This document shows positions 11,413 to 23,535 of a stretch of 64,000 nt of DNA, one piece after another (positions within the stretch are counted from its first letter, which is position 1; each line of letters begins with the position of its first letter). The position numbers and the translations under genes were made by a program. The notes below the pieces were generated by a model that saw only the letters and a list, made by a program, of their open reading frames with translations, was not told the DNA's origin and ran no database searches. This stretch comes from Naegleria gruberi (lineage: Eukaryota), in assembly GCA_000004985.1 (NCBI GenBank), contig GG738856.1; one strand, written 5' to 3'.

Positions 11413-12003
11413 GATGTTGTTGAATAATACTTTGAAATTGTAGAGTTTGTTTTTGATTCTAATCGGAATACATTCAATATTCGGCTACTATGAGAATTTA
11501 AGTGTAGACTTATGAAGGTCGTTCTTATTGGACCAATTCGTTGTTTTTTTTAAATTGATAAAACAACCAAGGCTTGGAAAAAATAGCCTTTATGCCATAG
11601 TAGTTCGGTCTGTTTGCACAATTTCGGGAATTGAGTTTCGGGGAATTTTTCTTCCAAAGTTTGGAGGGAATATTCAAACATTTATTTATCAATTCAAATT
11701 GAATAATTAATGCGAAGATAATGATATTATCATTGAATATTACATTGAGAATTGATATCAAGTGAATGATAATATCATTATCGTATGGAATCGTTTTTAT
11801 AAAGATGGGCACCTGTGTCACTAAGTATTATGTTGAGAAAGATTCTCAGAGAGAGAGAAACTATGGACCTTCCATAGTCAGTGTGAGGTGTTATGACCAA
11901 ATTTCCAAGGCAATTTTCCAAATGTTGAGATAAGAGAACCATGTTAAAGGACGACTCGTATTTTCCTCAATTCGTATTCGAATTTCCATTAGAAACTTTC
12001 AAA

Positions 12004-13650
12004 CTAAATACGGTTCTTTTTGAATATCTGCGTGAGTGGACTCAATTCAGAGAAGTCGCCAGTATTTTGACCGGATGATGGGATGTGATCTGAAAATAGA
12101 GAGGGAGACAAACTTGTATTTTCACTAGGGAAAGAATTGTTACCATTAATCATATTTGCACCGAAACTTGTTGCACTATTGGCATTGGTGCTGATATTAT
12201 TATGAATAGTGTTGGAAGATGATGTTCCATTCATTGTGGTATTGATAGATCTGAAAAGGAATCGTGGAGCTTCATCATCCTCATCCTCATCACAATTATT
12301 AGGCACATTAAGCATGTGAAAATCCCTTTTGAGGGAATTTTGAGAGAAAGATCCATTGTAAAAACTACTTCTCTGGTGAGAGGTACAAGATCCCTTGTGA
12401 TGTTGGCTGTGTTGATGGTGATGATGATTTGAGGATCTTGTAGTACTATTTGTAGAGTTGTATGAATGAGGATGATTAGGGTAGGATAATTGTTGAGTTG
12501 TTACACTTCCAGATAAAAGTGCATTTGCAAACGAATAATCTGTTGGAAGTGAAGAAAAATCAAATGGACCACTAATTGTTGTATTTGGTAAATTGGAGAG
12601 GGGATTAAATTGAAATGGGAAAGCAAATGGATTTGGAGGTACTTGTTGTTGCTGATTTGATATTGTCGTATTATTATTATTATTCATGAGAGGAGCAATT
12701 CCTTGTGATGTGTTAATATTATTATTCAATAATGAGTTTGATGAAGAAAGATTTGAGGATTCAATACTTTGTTGTGATTCATTACTCATAGTTGCAATTG
12801 TACAGTTATTATTATTGTTATTATTGGAAGTCAATGGTGAATCGGAATTCAACATGGTTACATTATTGATTGGAGAGGAAGGCATGGCATCATCATTCTT
12901 ATTCGTCTGTTGTGGTGAGTTACCATTCGAAGATATGGAATTATGTACAGAGAGTGAAGACATTGGAGAGGTAGTGGAGGCTCTATTAGGAGGTGAATTT
13001 TCTCCATTATTCATTATTGATGAAGACATTGGCTCGGAATTCATAGTTGTTGTTGCATGATTATTACTATTATTACTATTATTATTATTAGCATTATTTG
13101 TATTGTTATTGGTAGTGTTAGTAGTATTGGCAGCCAACTCTTCCTGAAGTACTTGATTCATCATGGTCAATACTAAATTGATGGGAATTTGTGCATTTTG
13201 TGTTTGTTGTTGGTTAGAGTATTGCAATAATAGTGAGGAGAGTCTTCTGAATGATTTCTTGACTCCTTGTTGATAGGATTTTCTGTAGGCTAGAAGAGAA
13301 CTCGTATAGAATTGAGCAATTAAATTGGCTGATTGAACAAATTGTCGGTTGAGTTGATTTTCATCTCCACTCGGATCTATAGTTCCAATATTTGCTGTCT
13401 GGGTAAATACAGAAGTAAACAATCCCTCCGTTGAGCTATTATTTTGTTGATTTGTTGTCGAATAATTTCTATTGTTGGTAGGTGTTGTTTGATTGGCTTG
13501 CCAATTACTACTTGTTGATCGATTCCCAGAAGAAGAATTGATAGAATTAAATGATGAGGTTCCGAATCTTTGATTTGTATTATTATTATTATTACTATTG
13601 ACTCCTCCTGTTCGATTATTGCTGTTGTTCATCTCTGAATTTGCAAACAT
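12004..13650 (-). CDS. Low-complexity N/S/Q-rich protein, 548 aa, function unknown
   Basis: Continuous ORF with codon bias like its neighbours and poly-N and poly-H runs. Confidence 0.5.
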   Translation of the reverse strand: MFANSEMNNSNNRTGGVNSNNNNNTNQRFGTSSFNSINSSSGNRSTSSNWQANQTTPTNNRNYSTTNQQNNSSTEGLFTSVFTQTANIGTIDPSGDENQLNRQFVQSANLIAQFYTSSLLAYRKSYQQGVKKSFRRLSSLLLQYSNQQQTQNAQIPINLVLTMMNQVLQEELAANTTNTTNNNTNNANNNNSNNSNNHATTTMNSEPMSSSIMNNGENSPPNRASTTSPMSSLSVHNSISSNGNSPQQTNKNDDAMPSSPINNVTMLNSDSPLTSNNNNNNNCTIATMSNESQQSIESSNLSSSNSLLNNNINTSQGIAPLMNNNNNTTISNQQQQVPPNPFAFPFQFNPLSNLPNTTISGPFDFSSLPTDYSFANALLSGSVTTQQLSYPNHPHSYNSTNSTTRSSNHHHHQHSQHHKGSCTSHQRSSFYNGSFSQNSLKRDFHMLNVPNNCDEDEDDEAPRFLFRSINTTMNGTSSSNTIHNNISTNANSATSFGANMINGNNSFPSENTSLSPSLFSDHIPSSGQNTGDFSELSPLTQIFKKNRI

Positions 13651-14291
13651 TTTTTCAAAATAATTATTTGATTTCTTGTTCTATAATTAAAACGTGTTGA
13701 TAGGATGCTTGGAGAGTAGATTTGCTGGATTATCAGATTTCACAACTAGAGTTCTTGTCGTGTTATTGATGTGAAGAAATATATATGATAAATTCTTCTT
13801 TTTTTGATCGGAATTGAAGTATTTGCAAACCTGAAATATAAAGCGAGAGCGAGTGAAGGCTTTTTTTTTGATGTTGAACACTAAATTATTTGTCTTCCTC
13901 AAAATGATGGAAAATTCGAATTATTTGAAACAAAATATTCAGTTCTACAAGACAAATTAAACATCAAGATTTAATTTTGTTCAAACAATTGTATCCAATA
14001 AAGCTATCTTTCGATTTTTTATTTTAAATAATTTAAAAGCTTGAGGAAGAGAAAACCTTTTGTGAATTAGATTCGAGAAAGATTCACAGTTCTTTATTCA
14101 AATATAAATAATTAATTAAATTTAACTCAATTTACTGTAATAAAACAAATTAACAATTTTTGTATGCTTTAGTCCAAAACAGTTCGTTTCAGTGTTTCGA
14201 CACCTGACAGAAAAGCTCAAAAATATTAACGTTAAAAAAAGTCAACAATCTTCTCTTTGAACCACTTCAAAAGAGGTTTCTTCCACCACAA

Positions 14292-17200
14292 GTGAACCAA
14301 TTCTTGGTTGTCTTCCAAACGCAAACAAGTCAACAACCACCAACAAGTGCACTCTACACTAACTCAAAGATTTCTTCATCAATTTTCATTATCCAATCTT
14401 TCATGATGTTATCATCATTATTCACCATCAATTTTAATAGGAAAACAATTCCTTCCAATCATCATCATCACCATGTAACTCTGCAGAGTGTGTTGAAAAG
14501 GTTTGGCTTTGCGTTGCTTGTTGTTGTACTTTTAATGATAATAACTCCCGCCTTTTCAACTTACACAACCGAAAAAACAAAACAAGAACATGATACGAAG
14601 GCTTTGCATAGGCTGGAAAAGTTTCATCAGCATCATCACGATGATTTAAATAACAATAATATTCTGCGAGTGGGAAGGAAAGGAAAGAATAGACTTTACC
14701 ATCATGATGAACGAAAGAAGAATCATCAAGGAAGAGGAGAAAAAGTTTTAAAACAACAACTTAGAAGTGTTTCCACTTCACAGGCTAGTGTTGTACCAAC
14801 ATTTTCATTACCTTCGGTGGTGAATTTATATGCCAATACGCCTCTGTATATTCCTATCATTTTGACTAACCAAGTAACATCAGGAACAACATTTGAATAT
14901 AGTTGGAAAGTTTACAACTCTACAAATGATATTACTTTAGCATCTGGAACTACACCAACAGTTTATATTGGAGAATATGATTTGGATCTTTTGAAAACAG
15001 TAACTTATTATCAGAATATTGTTGGATCAATATCATCACCTGTTTCTTCTTGGAATATTTATGTGGAGGTCACATCACGAGGAGATTATGGAATCATCAT
15101 TGCCCAATACAAAAAGACAATACCATTCAATTTGTACTTGTTGGGTGTACTTGCAACTATTGTGGGAGAGAATCAGGACCTGACCTTGATAACAGATCTG
15201 AAAACAAATCAAGTATTGAATGTTTCCATGTCGAAAATAACACCAAAAATTGAATATTATGATTCAGCAGTGAGTAAGATGGTAAAATCCAATGGACAAT
15301 GCTCGTGGACTTGTACCTACACTTTGATTTCTGGTTCAGTGAAGAATTGTTCCAACTTTGAAACATTTAGAACATTATCGAATAATAACAATTACTTACA
15401 AGTACTCATCCTTCTACTATGTCGAATCGGAAAAGTTTGAAATTCTTATACATAGCATACGTGTCAATGATTCAGTTCCAATCTTCCAAACAATTACATC
15501 CAACACTACCATGCAACAATATCATCCACCCAATCTTCCAATTACACTCACTCCAAATTTTGTCAATTACAACAATACTGTCAGAGTGGTGTTTTATTGG
15601 GAAGTTAATGGTTCACCATACCTCAAGCAAAACCTTACACTTGATTCCCTCTCTCCAAATAGCAAGTATGTGGCCAAGTGTGAAATTTACTTTCTGGGTA
15701 ATGTTCAGAGATACACATCAATGAGCTATACATTTTTCACAGCAAACAATATTACCAAGCCAAAATTCAATATTGTGACCAGTTCTGCTCTTGCATTTCA
15801 AACAAGAGTTCAAGTATCTGGCTATATTGGAGAATCAAGCAGAGGTCCACTTTGCATGACTGAAATCTTTGCAGAAACCACAAATTTTGGCAAAATCAGC
15901 TTGACCAATGGAAGACCTGTTTGCCTTCAATCGCTATTGCAAACCAGTACGGATGCAATTGCATTCCTTAGAATGCCACTCAGGAAAATCACTCTCTACG
16001 ATAATATCAAGCTCTCTTTTGTGGTAACAGATGGTATTGCACAGGAAACGTACTCTCTTACCACTTCTTCAAATCCTTCCACTATTTTGGATTACTTTTC
16101 ATCGTCCAATATTGTCAAATTAACAAGTAGTGTTTTAGACACGACATCAACTCTGTACGAAAACGATAGAACCTTGCTTCCTTCTCACATTGTTGTGGCT
16201 GCATCATTAATTATGAACTTTAAATCTTCTGCAGAAGAATCCAATTCAATGAATGTAGACTATTCAACACTGGCCTCTGGTTTAGGATCTTATCTATCGA
16301 GAATTTGTCCTTCTTCTTCAAACTATTCTCCATTGGAACAAAATTTGAATTGTATTGAAATAATTGGAAAATATGTATCAATTTCAGGTCTCACTACAAC
16401 ATTTGCTAGTACAACTCTCTCTCAGAGTATTAGTTCCAATATTGTTACATCTATATTTTATCAATTGAATCAACTCGTTTTCAATTCAATGAATGGACAA
16501 GGCACATTGCAAAATGGTGTGCTATTCCAAAAATTCTCCAGTGAAGGAGGTGAAACCTATGTCAGTCTCTTGATGGACATGCTACAAACAGCTTCCAGTT
16601 ATATTGCTCAAGATTATACTACAGTTCCAATCAATGGTACCTACGTTTCCATCAATAGTAATACTATAACTAGTACTATTTATGCAGTCTCCAAGATATT
16701 CCTCTCCAGTAGCTCCACTTCAACATTTAAATCATCAAGCTCACTCATTACCAAATTGGATTTATCTTCATTTCAATCAACAACATTATACTCACTCTCT
16801 TTGAATGGAGATGTTACTGTGCAGGTGCCACCTCTTTCATCTCTTCTTGGTAGTTTGACATCAAGCAGCTCAGTGGTCTTGTCACTTCAACTTTCACCTC
16901 AAAACAATGTCACAGATGCTGTCAATAGTACAATTATTTCTAGTAGAAAGGTTCAATTCCAGCTTTTGGATCCAAACACTGATAAGAAAATAGAGTTGAA
17001 AGATCTGAGTCAACCAATTACTCTTAAACTTCCAATCACCTATTCTTCCTTGTCAAATTCATCTCGTGACAGCTCCAAGTGTGTATTTTGGAGCGATTCT
17101 ACCAATGCATGGTCCAACACTGGTTGCGTTTTAAAACAAGCTACACAAAGTTATTTCTATTGTGAATGTAATCATACAACAACCTTTGCTGTGCTTTCTA

Positions 17201-19851
17201 CTACTCTCACAACTAGCTCAAATAATACTCAAATTCAAACAGCAGCATTCGATATGGTTCCACTTATTGTCATTTCCTCTGTAACTGGTGGTGTTATTCT
17301 AATCACTTTGGTTTTTTCTGGTGTTGTTCAAGCTTTTATTCATGTTTTGAAGAATGTTGACTCTGCTGAGTCAGGAGATTTATTCCTTCCAGCAGAATTC
17401 TTCCCAGTCAATGCCCAAATAGAAAAACCAAAAGAACCAGAAACAACAATAGAAGAGACAGAAAAGAAAGAAGAAAAAGAACCAAAGGTGAAGAAACGAT
17501 ACAAGGATCTTTCATTTGGTCTGAAAATTTTTGAATGTCTCAAAGAGTTTCACCCTGTTCTTGGTATTGTTTTTCCAAAGAAGTATTTCAAGAGTATTCA
17601 TATTAAGAGATTGGATCGTTTAATTATCCTAATGGATATTTTCATTACCACTAGTACTGTTAACGTTATTTTATTGTCAGTGAGCACTATTTCAAAAAAT
17701 TGGATATTCGTAATACCATCACTCATTTCGTTTGGCTGCTCTGTTATCAATCAAATACCAATTACATTATTATTTTGTAGGAAGCAAGCTATTTGGAAAG
17801 TTTGTGCCTATGGTTATAGCTGCGTGTTTGCGTTTGTTTGTTTGGTAATTTCTATTATTGCTAGTGCTGGAGTTTTTGTTTCCAATCAGTGGAATATGAA
17901 TATTTTGGACTGGCTGTATGCCACTATTCTAGGTGTTGCTTGGGACTTGATTGTTTTTAGAATTGTTTTGGCTTCCATTATTGCATTTTTGATTGAAGTT
18001 AAGGTTACTATTGACATGGGTATTGCAACATTCAGAAAAACTGATGAGGCAGAAAAAGAAGATCAACCATTACAAACAAAACGTATGGTAACTGTGCAAA
18101 ATAATGTAAGAATACCTATGCTATTTTCACAAAAGGAAAAGCCAAACATTCCTAAATTGAATCTCAAAGCAGTTGAAGGTGTTGCCACTCCAAAAGAAAA
18201 TCCTGTTAATGAGCTATCTTCAATGCATGCTTCGCCTACAGCAAGTGATACCACTTCCAGTAGTTCAGGTCTTGATTCCTATTTTTCACCACACAAAGCT
18301 AATCAACCAGCTGTGGAAGAAGCAAAAGAAACTTCTGCCAATGAGGAAGCCAAGACATCAAGTTCTGGTATGGAGCACTCGTCTGATAATTCAACTAGTA
18401 AGGAGGCAGAACAACAATGCATTACACCAGGATGTATTGTCGTTTTGGATTCTCCTGGCATTTCTCCAATATCTCCACTAATTCCAAAACAAGATCATGA
18501 TATGTCCTTTGTGGAGAAAGTCCAATTGAGAGATGAACTGAATATGAGCGAGGGTAAGGTTGATGAAGCCATCATCCCACCAGTGTTGGAGGATACCATG
18601 ATTATTGATGGAACTGAAAAGCAAGATAATGTGGAGGAAAGTACCAATGAACCTGTTCAAGATTCAGTTCCACAACAAGAAGAGGAAAAGCTAATAGAAC
18701 AAGCAGAGGATATCAATGAAGATTTGGAAATTGTGGAGCCAGCAATAGTTGAAACAGAACAAGTTCAACAACCTGTTGCTGAGGAAGTTTCTACAGAAGA
18801 GGTTCCAGAGGAAACAAGAGTATCTGATGAAGAAATTACCACCCCACATGAAGAGCCAGCAGTGGTCATTGTTGATGAAGTCACAAAGGAAGAAGTTGCA
18901 AATGTTGAACCAATTGTAACTGAATCTGTCCAAGAAACTACTCAATTGCCTGAAGTTGAACAAGTCACCGAAGCAACAATCGAACCAATAGAGCCAGTTA
19001 AGGAAGAATTACCAGAAATTGATACTACCAAGAAGAATCCTATCAAGATTTTGAAAGAAATTCTCAAAGAAAAGGATGTTCCTCCACCTGCTGCTGAAAG
19101 CCAAGAGCCAAAAGACAAATCAGAAAAGAATATTTTGGATTATATTGAACAAGTGACTGAACATGAAAAGAAGATTACATCTGAAAATTTGGAAAGTTTC
19201 ACATCAGAAATTCTTGAAAGATTATCTGGAAAATCAATTAGTGAAATTTTATTAATCTTGTCGGAGACTAAAGATCAACAATCAAGCAGCCAACAACAAT
19301 ACTCATCCCCACTTCGTACCAACTCACCAGTTGCAAGAAATGCTCTCCAAAAGAATACTCCAGGAAACAAATCAGCCAGAATGCTCAAGAGTGGTGGTAT
19401 TGAAATTGATAGATCAAGAAAACGTTCTCTCAGTTTCAACAAGTTGTATGGTATTGAAGAGGCTATGATCAAACCTCAAACAGATTTCTTTGATCAACTT
19501 CGTTTATATGTCAATCAAAATTATTCTGAAGAAGCCAAGGTTAAGGCATTGAATGAATTACTCTTCTTACAATGTATCTACCTCCACTATAAGATTATTT
19601 CAGTAACTCCTGAGGCAAGAAAGGAAATGGCAGAGCAAGTTGTTGCCACCTTTTTGAATGAAAAGGAACAATATCACATTAATATTGGTTTCTACAAGAG
19701 GGTACTTGCCTCATGTATTAGTGATGAAAATTTGAATGCCAACACATTTGAAAGAGCTTGTGAAATTATTGAAATTGCTTTAAAGCCTGTTATCAGCAAC
19801 TTTTTGAAGCATATTCAAGAAAAGCAAGCAAATGTAATGACAAGTGTTTAG
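14292..19851 (+). CDS. Large GPS/GAIN-motif multi-pass membrane receptor-like protein, which resembles adhesion-GPCR or polycystin. It is split into two overlapping ORFs by a frame break near 15343-15440.
   Basis: ORF 14292..15440 (signal or TM helix FGFALLVVVLLMIITPAFS, His-rich) and ORF 15358..19851 overlap in different frames. The extracellular S/T-rich N-glycosylated region ends in the GPS motif CVFWSDSTNAWSNTGCVLKQATQSYFYCECNHTTTFAVL. At least 5 TM helices follow, then an acidic E/P/V-rich tail. Confidence 0.7.
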
Positions 19852-19948
19852 GACTTTCAATAAACAAAACTAATGTTTAACAAGTTGAAATTTACCAAAT
19901 AGTTTTTCAAAGTTCATTAAAGCTTAATTATCAAATCCTAAATAAAAT

Positions 19949-22153
19949 TCAAACAAATTTATTGTAAAGATTGGATCTTTCAATTGTTTGTGCAGCCAAT
20001 TTCCAATCACTCAAGTCCAACGATAGGGCAACCTTACAATTGTTAACCATTTCACCTTTGTCCACAACGCCATCAACACTCTTTGTCAATACAATGGAAT
20101 ATAACAACTTTTGAATCTTTACACAACTCCAACCAAATAAATAGAACCACTTGTATGAGCACTTCCAATCAGAAATATAGTTATCCGAATCAGTTTCTTC
20201 CAATGGTGGTTCCCATTCTTGATAATATTGAATGAATTGTTTAAATCCTTCCGTTTGTAAAAAATTGGCTCCATCTCCACAAATTGTAATTGCAGTATCA
20301 ATGCCAAACGATGATTTGACAGCAGGTTGCCAATAATAATCTTCAGAAGTTAATTGATGAAGTGGTTTGCACGTTTCTGATAATTTGATTAATTCTCTCG
20401 GTTGTAAAAATTGAGAAATAACTCTCCAATCATAATACGAAAGTTTCACATTCTCATTAATCCTCAAAGATTTCTTAATTTCAACTGGAGGAGGTTCAAT
20501 AAACAGTTGCATTTCACTTCTTTCCTTTTCAAGTTTCATTTCAAATTCCTCTTTCGGATAACCAACAATAAATGCAAAATATTTCAACTTGTTCAAAACT
20601 TCCTTAACAGGAATCAAACTCGAAAAGATAAAATCCATAACATTAGATCTCCTTGAATTGTGAAGTTTTGCAATTTCTTCACACATTGGAATCCAAACAT
20701 TTGCTGAATTTGGCACATTTCCATAATAAATTTGTCTCATCAATTGATCTAAGTGTGTGAAAACTGGAATGACACTCATATTTCCATATTTCTTACAATC
20801 TTGACAGCAATATTCGTGAGCCATGTAGATTGTATCTCTAAATCTAGTAATTGTATCATTTTCGTACAAGTTTCTATTATATTCTGATAAATTCATGCAG
20901 AAAATGACATATTCGAAACCTTGTTCCATATATCGAGGATATTTCTTTCGTTCTGCTCTCTGACCAGCAACTAGACAGAAAGAAAGTTTGTGAGGTCCTA
21001 ATTGAAGTGTAAATTGTGAACATCCTGTCAATTTCTGTCTAGAAATGAAGAATAATCTCAAAATCAACTCTTCTTCCTCTTTCGTAAAACTATTCGAAGG
21101 TTTCTCCAATATTTCACACAAAGTTTCATGTGAAACTGATTTTAAAATTTCAATTCTATCAAAAATTGTTCCATGTTGTTGAGTTTGCAGCAGGTCATGA
21201 TATTTCCTGATTAATAATTTAACATCTTGCCTTTCAAAGAATAAAATTAAATTATTGTAAACTTGTTTTGTGATTAGTTTGAGAACAACTTTGCAATTCG
21301 AAGCCATTGGAATGTTATTCGAAAGTTTGTTCACTTGATCCACTGAAAATTCTCTATCCATTGGAATATCCTCAATTTCCTTTAAATCTTTCAAAATTTC
21401 CTGAATTATTTGTGGTTCAACATTGGCCAAAATTGGTGGAAGTTCATTAATGCACTGATTTGGAAATTTCAATTCGAATAACATTTGGTAGAATTGTTCT
21501 AACAAAATTATTGTATTGCTGAAAAAGAAATATAATGTAGAATAACTTTGATTTAAATCAAATGCTTGTTTTTCAATAACTTCAGGCTCCAAATTGTATC
21601 GAATAAGTTTCGACAAGGTCTTTCGTCCAGATTCTCCACTAGCAAGGAAAATAAATCTAATATGACTCTGATACACTTGCAATGCACTCGATTGCACTGA
21701 AAGTCTAGGTGAAGGAATCCCCGTAGAAAATCTTGGAGAAAGTGTTGGCGAAAGTTGACCAAGAAACCTTGGACTCATTGGCATTAATTGAACAGGAGAA
21801 AGGTTTCCAATACTACTATGTGAATTTCCACTACAACAATCACCAGATGCAACACTTCCTTCAACGCTGTTGAATGATTCGGCCGAGTGTAAAGTTGTTA
21901 AATTATTATTCGAAATTTCTCTTCTTCGGGGAGACCGCTGGTTTCGAATTTGATAAAAAGTTTCATGATCACTTCCACTGGCATTACTCTCTTGAATGGA
22001 TCTCAATTTAAGTAGTGCAACCTTCTTTTTAATGGAAGAAATCATGATTGACTTTTTTTTTGAAGATTTTCTCATACTTTCAATACGAAACTCTTCCAAA
22101 TTAGTTTCCATTCCATTCCTGAGGATTACACATATTGGCGGCATTTTCTTCAA
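19949..22153 (-). CDS. Heterotrimeric G-protein alpha-subunit homolog with degenerate nucleotide-binding motifs and a C-terminal extension bearing an F-box-like motif, 734 aa
   Basis: G-alpha signature blocks: FLASGESGRKT aligns with GAGESGKST; LTGCSQFTLQLGPHKLSFCLVAGQRAERKKY with TTGI...FDVGGQRSERKKW; VIFCMNLSEYNRNLYEND with IIFCVALSDYD; VIPVFTHLDQL with ILFLNKKDLF. The C-terminus contains LSYYDWRVISQFLQPRELIKLSETCKPL. Confidence 0.7.
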   Translation of the reverse strand: MKKMPPICVILRNGMETNLEEFRIESMRKSSKKKSIMISSIKKKVALLKLRSIQESNASGSDHETFYQIRNQRSPRRREISNNNLTTLHSAESFNSVEGSVASGDCCSGNSHSSIGNLSPVQLMPMSPRFLGQLSPTLSPRFSTGIPSPRLSVQSSALQVYQSHIRFIFLASGESGRKTLSKLIRYNLEPEVIEKQAFDLNQSYSTLYFFFSNTIILLEQFYQMLFELKFPNQCINELPPILANVEPQIIQEILKDLKEIEDIPMDREFSVDQVNKLSNNIPMASNCKVVLKLITKQVYNNLILFFERQDVKLLIRKYHDLLQTQQHGTIFDRIEILKSVSHETLCEILEKPSNSFTKEEEELILRLFFISRQKLTGCSQFTLQLGPHKLSFCLVAGQRAERKKYPRYMEQGFEYVIFCMNLSEYNRNLYENDTITRFRDTIYMAHEYCCQDCKKYGNMSVIPVFTHLDQLMRQIYYGNVPNSANVWIPMCEEIAKLHNSRRSNVMDFIFSSLIPVKEVLNKLKYFAFIVGYPKEEFEMKLEKERSEMQLFIEPPPVEIKKSLRINENVKLSYYDWRVISQFLQPRELIKLSETCKPLHQLTSEDYYWQPAVKSSFGIDTAITICGDGANFLQTEGFKQFIQYYQEWEPPLEETDSDNYISDWKCSYKWFYLFGWSCVKIQKLLYSIVLTKSVDGVVDKGEMVNNCKVALSLDLSDWKLAAQTIERSNLYNKFV

Positions 22154-22458
22154 GCCCCTTCAGTTTCTCTCCCAATACTGCATAATACTTACAAAAATGG
22201 AATTTAATGAAGGGTTGCTGAATTGCAAATTAATATTTCTCGTGTTGAAATGTGATAATTGTGAGAATATTTGAGAATAATAATTCCTCCACTTGCCATG
22301 TGAGATTTAAAAATTCTGAAATGGAAGAATTGAATAGTAGAGGCAGTTTTCGTGTATTGTTCAATAATAATCTCTCATATTTTATTATTGACCTAGAAAT
22401 TTAGAAGTGATGACATTCATACTAGGTAGTAGTAGTATGAATTGCATTAGTTTACATG

Positions 22459-23535
22459 TTATCCAATAATCTTGTCTTTCAAAGCGAGTCCTCCAATGAA
22501 GCCAACTCCATAGAATAAGAAGAGTGGATTGAATGCACCTAGGTTAGTAACAAATGGACCTGGACAAACACCAACAAGTCCCCAACCAATACCAAAGAGA
22601 GCTGCACCAGTAACAAGTTTCCAATCAACAACAGTAGATGTTGGGATATGTTGCTTACAACCCATACAAGTGAGTTCAGAACGAGAGGCACTTGGTACAA
22701 CGTACATGTTGAATACATACAGGTTTGGAAGAATAGCTCCCAAAGCAACACAAACAAGTGAAGGATCATAATTGTTTCCACCAAAATCAAAGAATCCAAG
22801 AACTTTCAATGGATTAGTCATTCCACTAAGTGCCAATCCAAGTCCAAATACAAATCCGTGCATAAATGGAAGATAATAGTCCAATTTTTGTTTGGTTGGT
22901 TCACTTAAATTCCAAATATTCATAATTATCAAAGCATAGGCAGAGAGAATCATAGCCAACAAGGACAATAAAGTCAAAGCATGTGAAGTTGTTGGATATT
23001 GAACGAATGGCAATAATGATGTATCCACTCCAACATTGACAATATTTCTAGAAACATAATCGGCACTTCCACCAAACAAAACCATCATCATGGTCACACC
23101 ACAGAAAACCATTGTGGCCACAAAACTTCTCTTGGACAAACGAGCCAAACCACAAATCATGTGTCCAGATGTGCAACCAGAACCAAGTTGTGTTCCAAAT
23201 CCAACAAACAATCCAGCCAATAAATAGAGTCCAACAGTTGATGGTGATGATAACAAGGAGAAGGCACTCGAAATTTTCATGAAATTATTAGGAGCTAAAT
23301 TCAAGGAGAAGGCAAACAATCCGGCCACTATCAGACCACAAAGATACAAAATCTTGTGAATCCATTCGGTATGATGATGAGTTGTAGCTTTGGCTGTTCC
23401 ATCAAAACATCCTCTCACAACACCACCAACAATACCCGACATGCCTGATATTCTTCCTTGAAGATAGGCATAGGCTCCAACAGATGCACCAATTAATAAG
23501 CCTCCAATAAGTGATTCAAATGGAGTAAATACCAT
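22459..23535 (-). CDS. YeeE/YedE-family putative thiosulfate or sulfur-compound transporter (TsuA-like), 358 aa, multi-pass membrane protein
   Basis: Two repeated sulfur-transport motifs: [27 protein letters not shown] and [20 protein letters not shown]. About 9 hydrophobic helices. The ORF is continuous. Confidence 0.75.
   Translation of the reverse strand: MVFTPFESLIGGLLIGASVGAYAYLQGRISGMSGIVGGVVRGCFDGTAKATTHHHTEWIHKILYLCGLIVAGLFAFSLNLAPNNFMKISSAFSLLSSPSTVGLYLLAGLFVGFGTQLGSGCTSGHMICGLARLSKRSFVATMVFCGVTMMMVLFGGSADYVSRNIVNVGVDTSLLPFVQYPTTSHALTLLSLLAMILSAYALIIMNIWNLSEPTKQKLDYYLPFMHGFVFGLGLALSGMTNPLKVLGFFDFGGNNYDPSLVCVALGAILPNLYVFNMYVVPSASRSELTCMGCKQHIPTSTVVDWKLVTGAALFGIGWGLVGVCPGPFVTNLGAFNPLFLFYGVGFIGGLALKDKIIG

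Noticed and set aside
12686-13060. 124-aa plus-strand ORF antisense to the 12004-13650 gene, and similar antisense ORFs at 4118-4318, 5978-6235, 18173-18481, 52040-52351 and 58255-58578
   Set aside because: They lie within, and antisense to, long well-supported CDSs and have low-complexity translations. These are typical spurious antisense ORFs.
22459-23535. The possibility that the YeeE/YedE gene reflects bacterial contamination of the assembly
   Set aside because: It is contiguous with intron-containing eukaryotic genes on both sides, in the same AT-rich composition, on a telomere-bearing contig.
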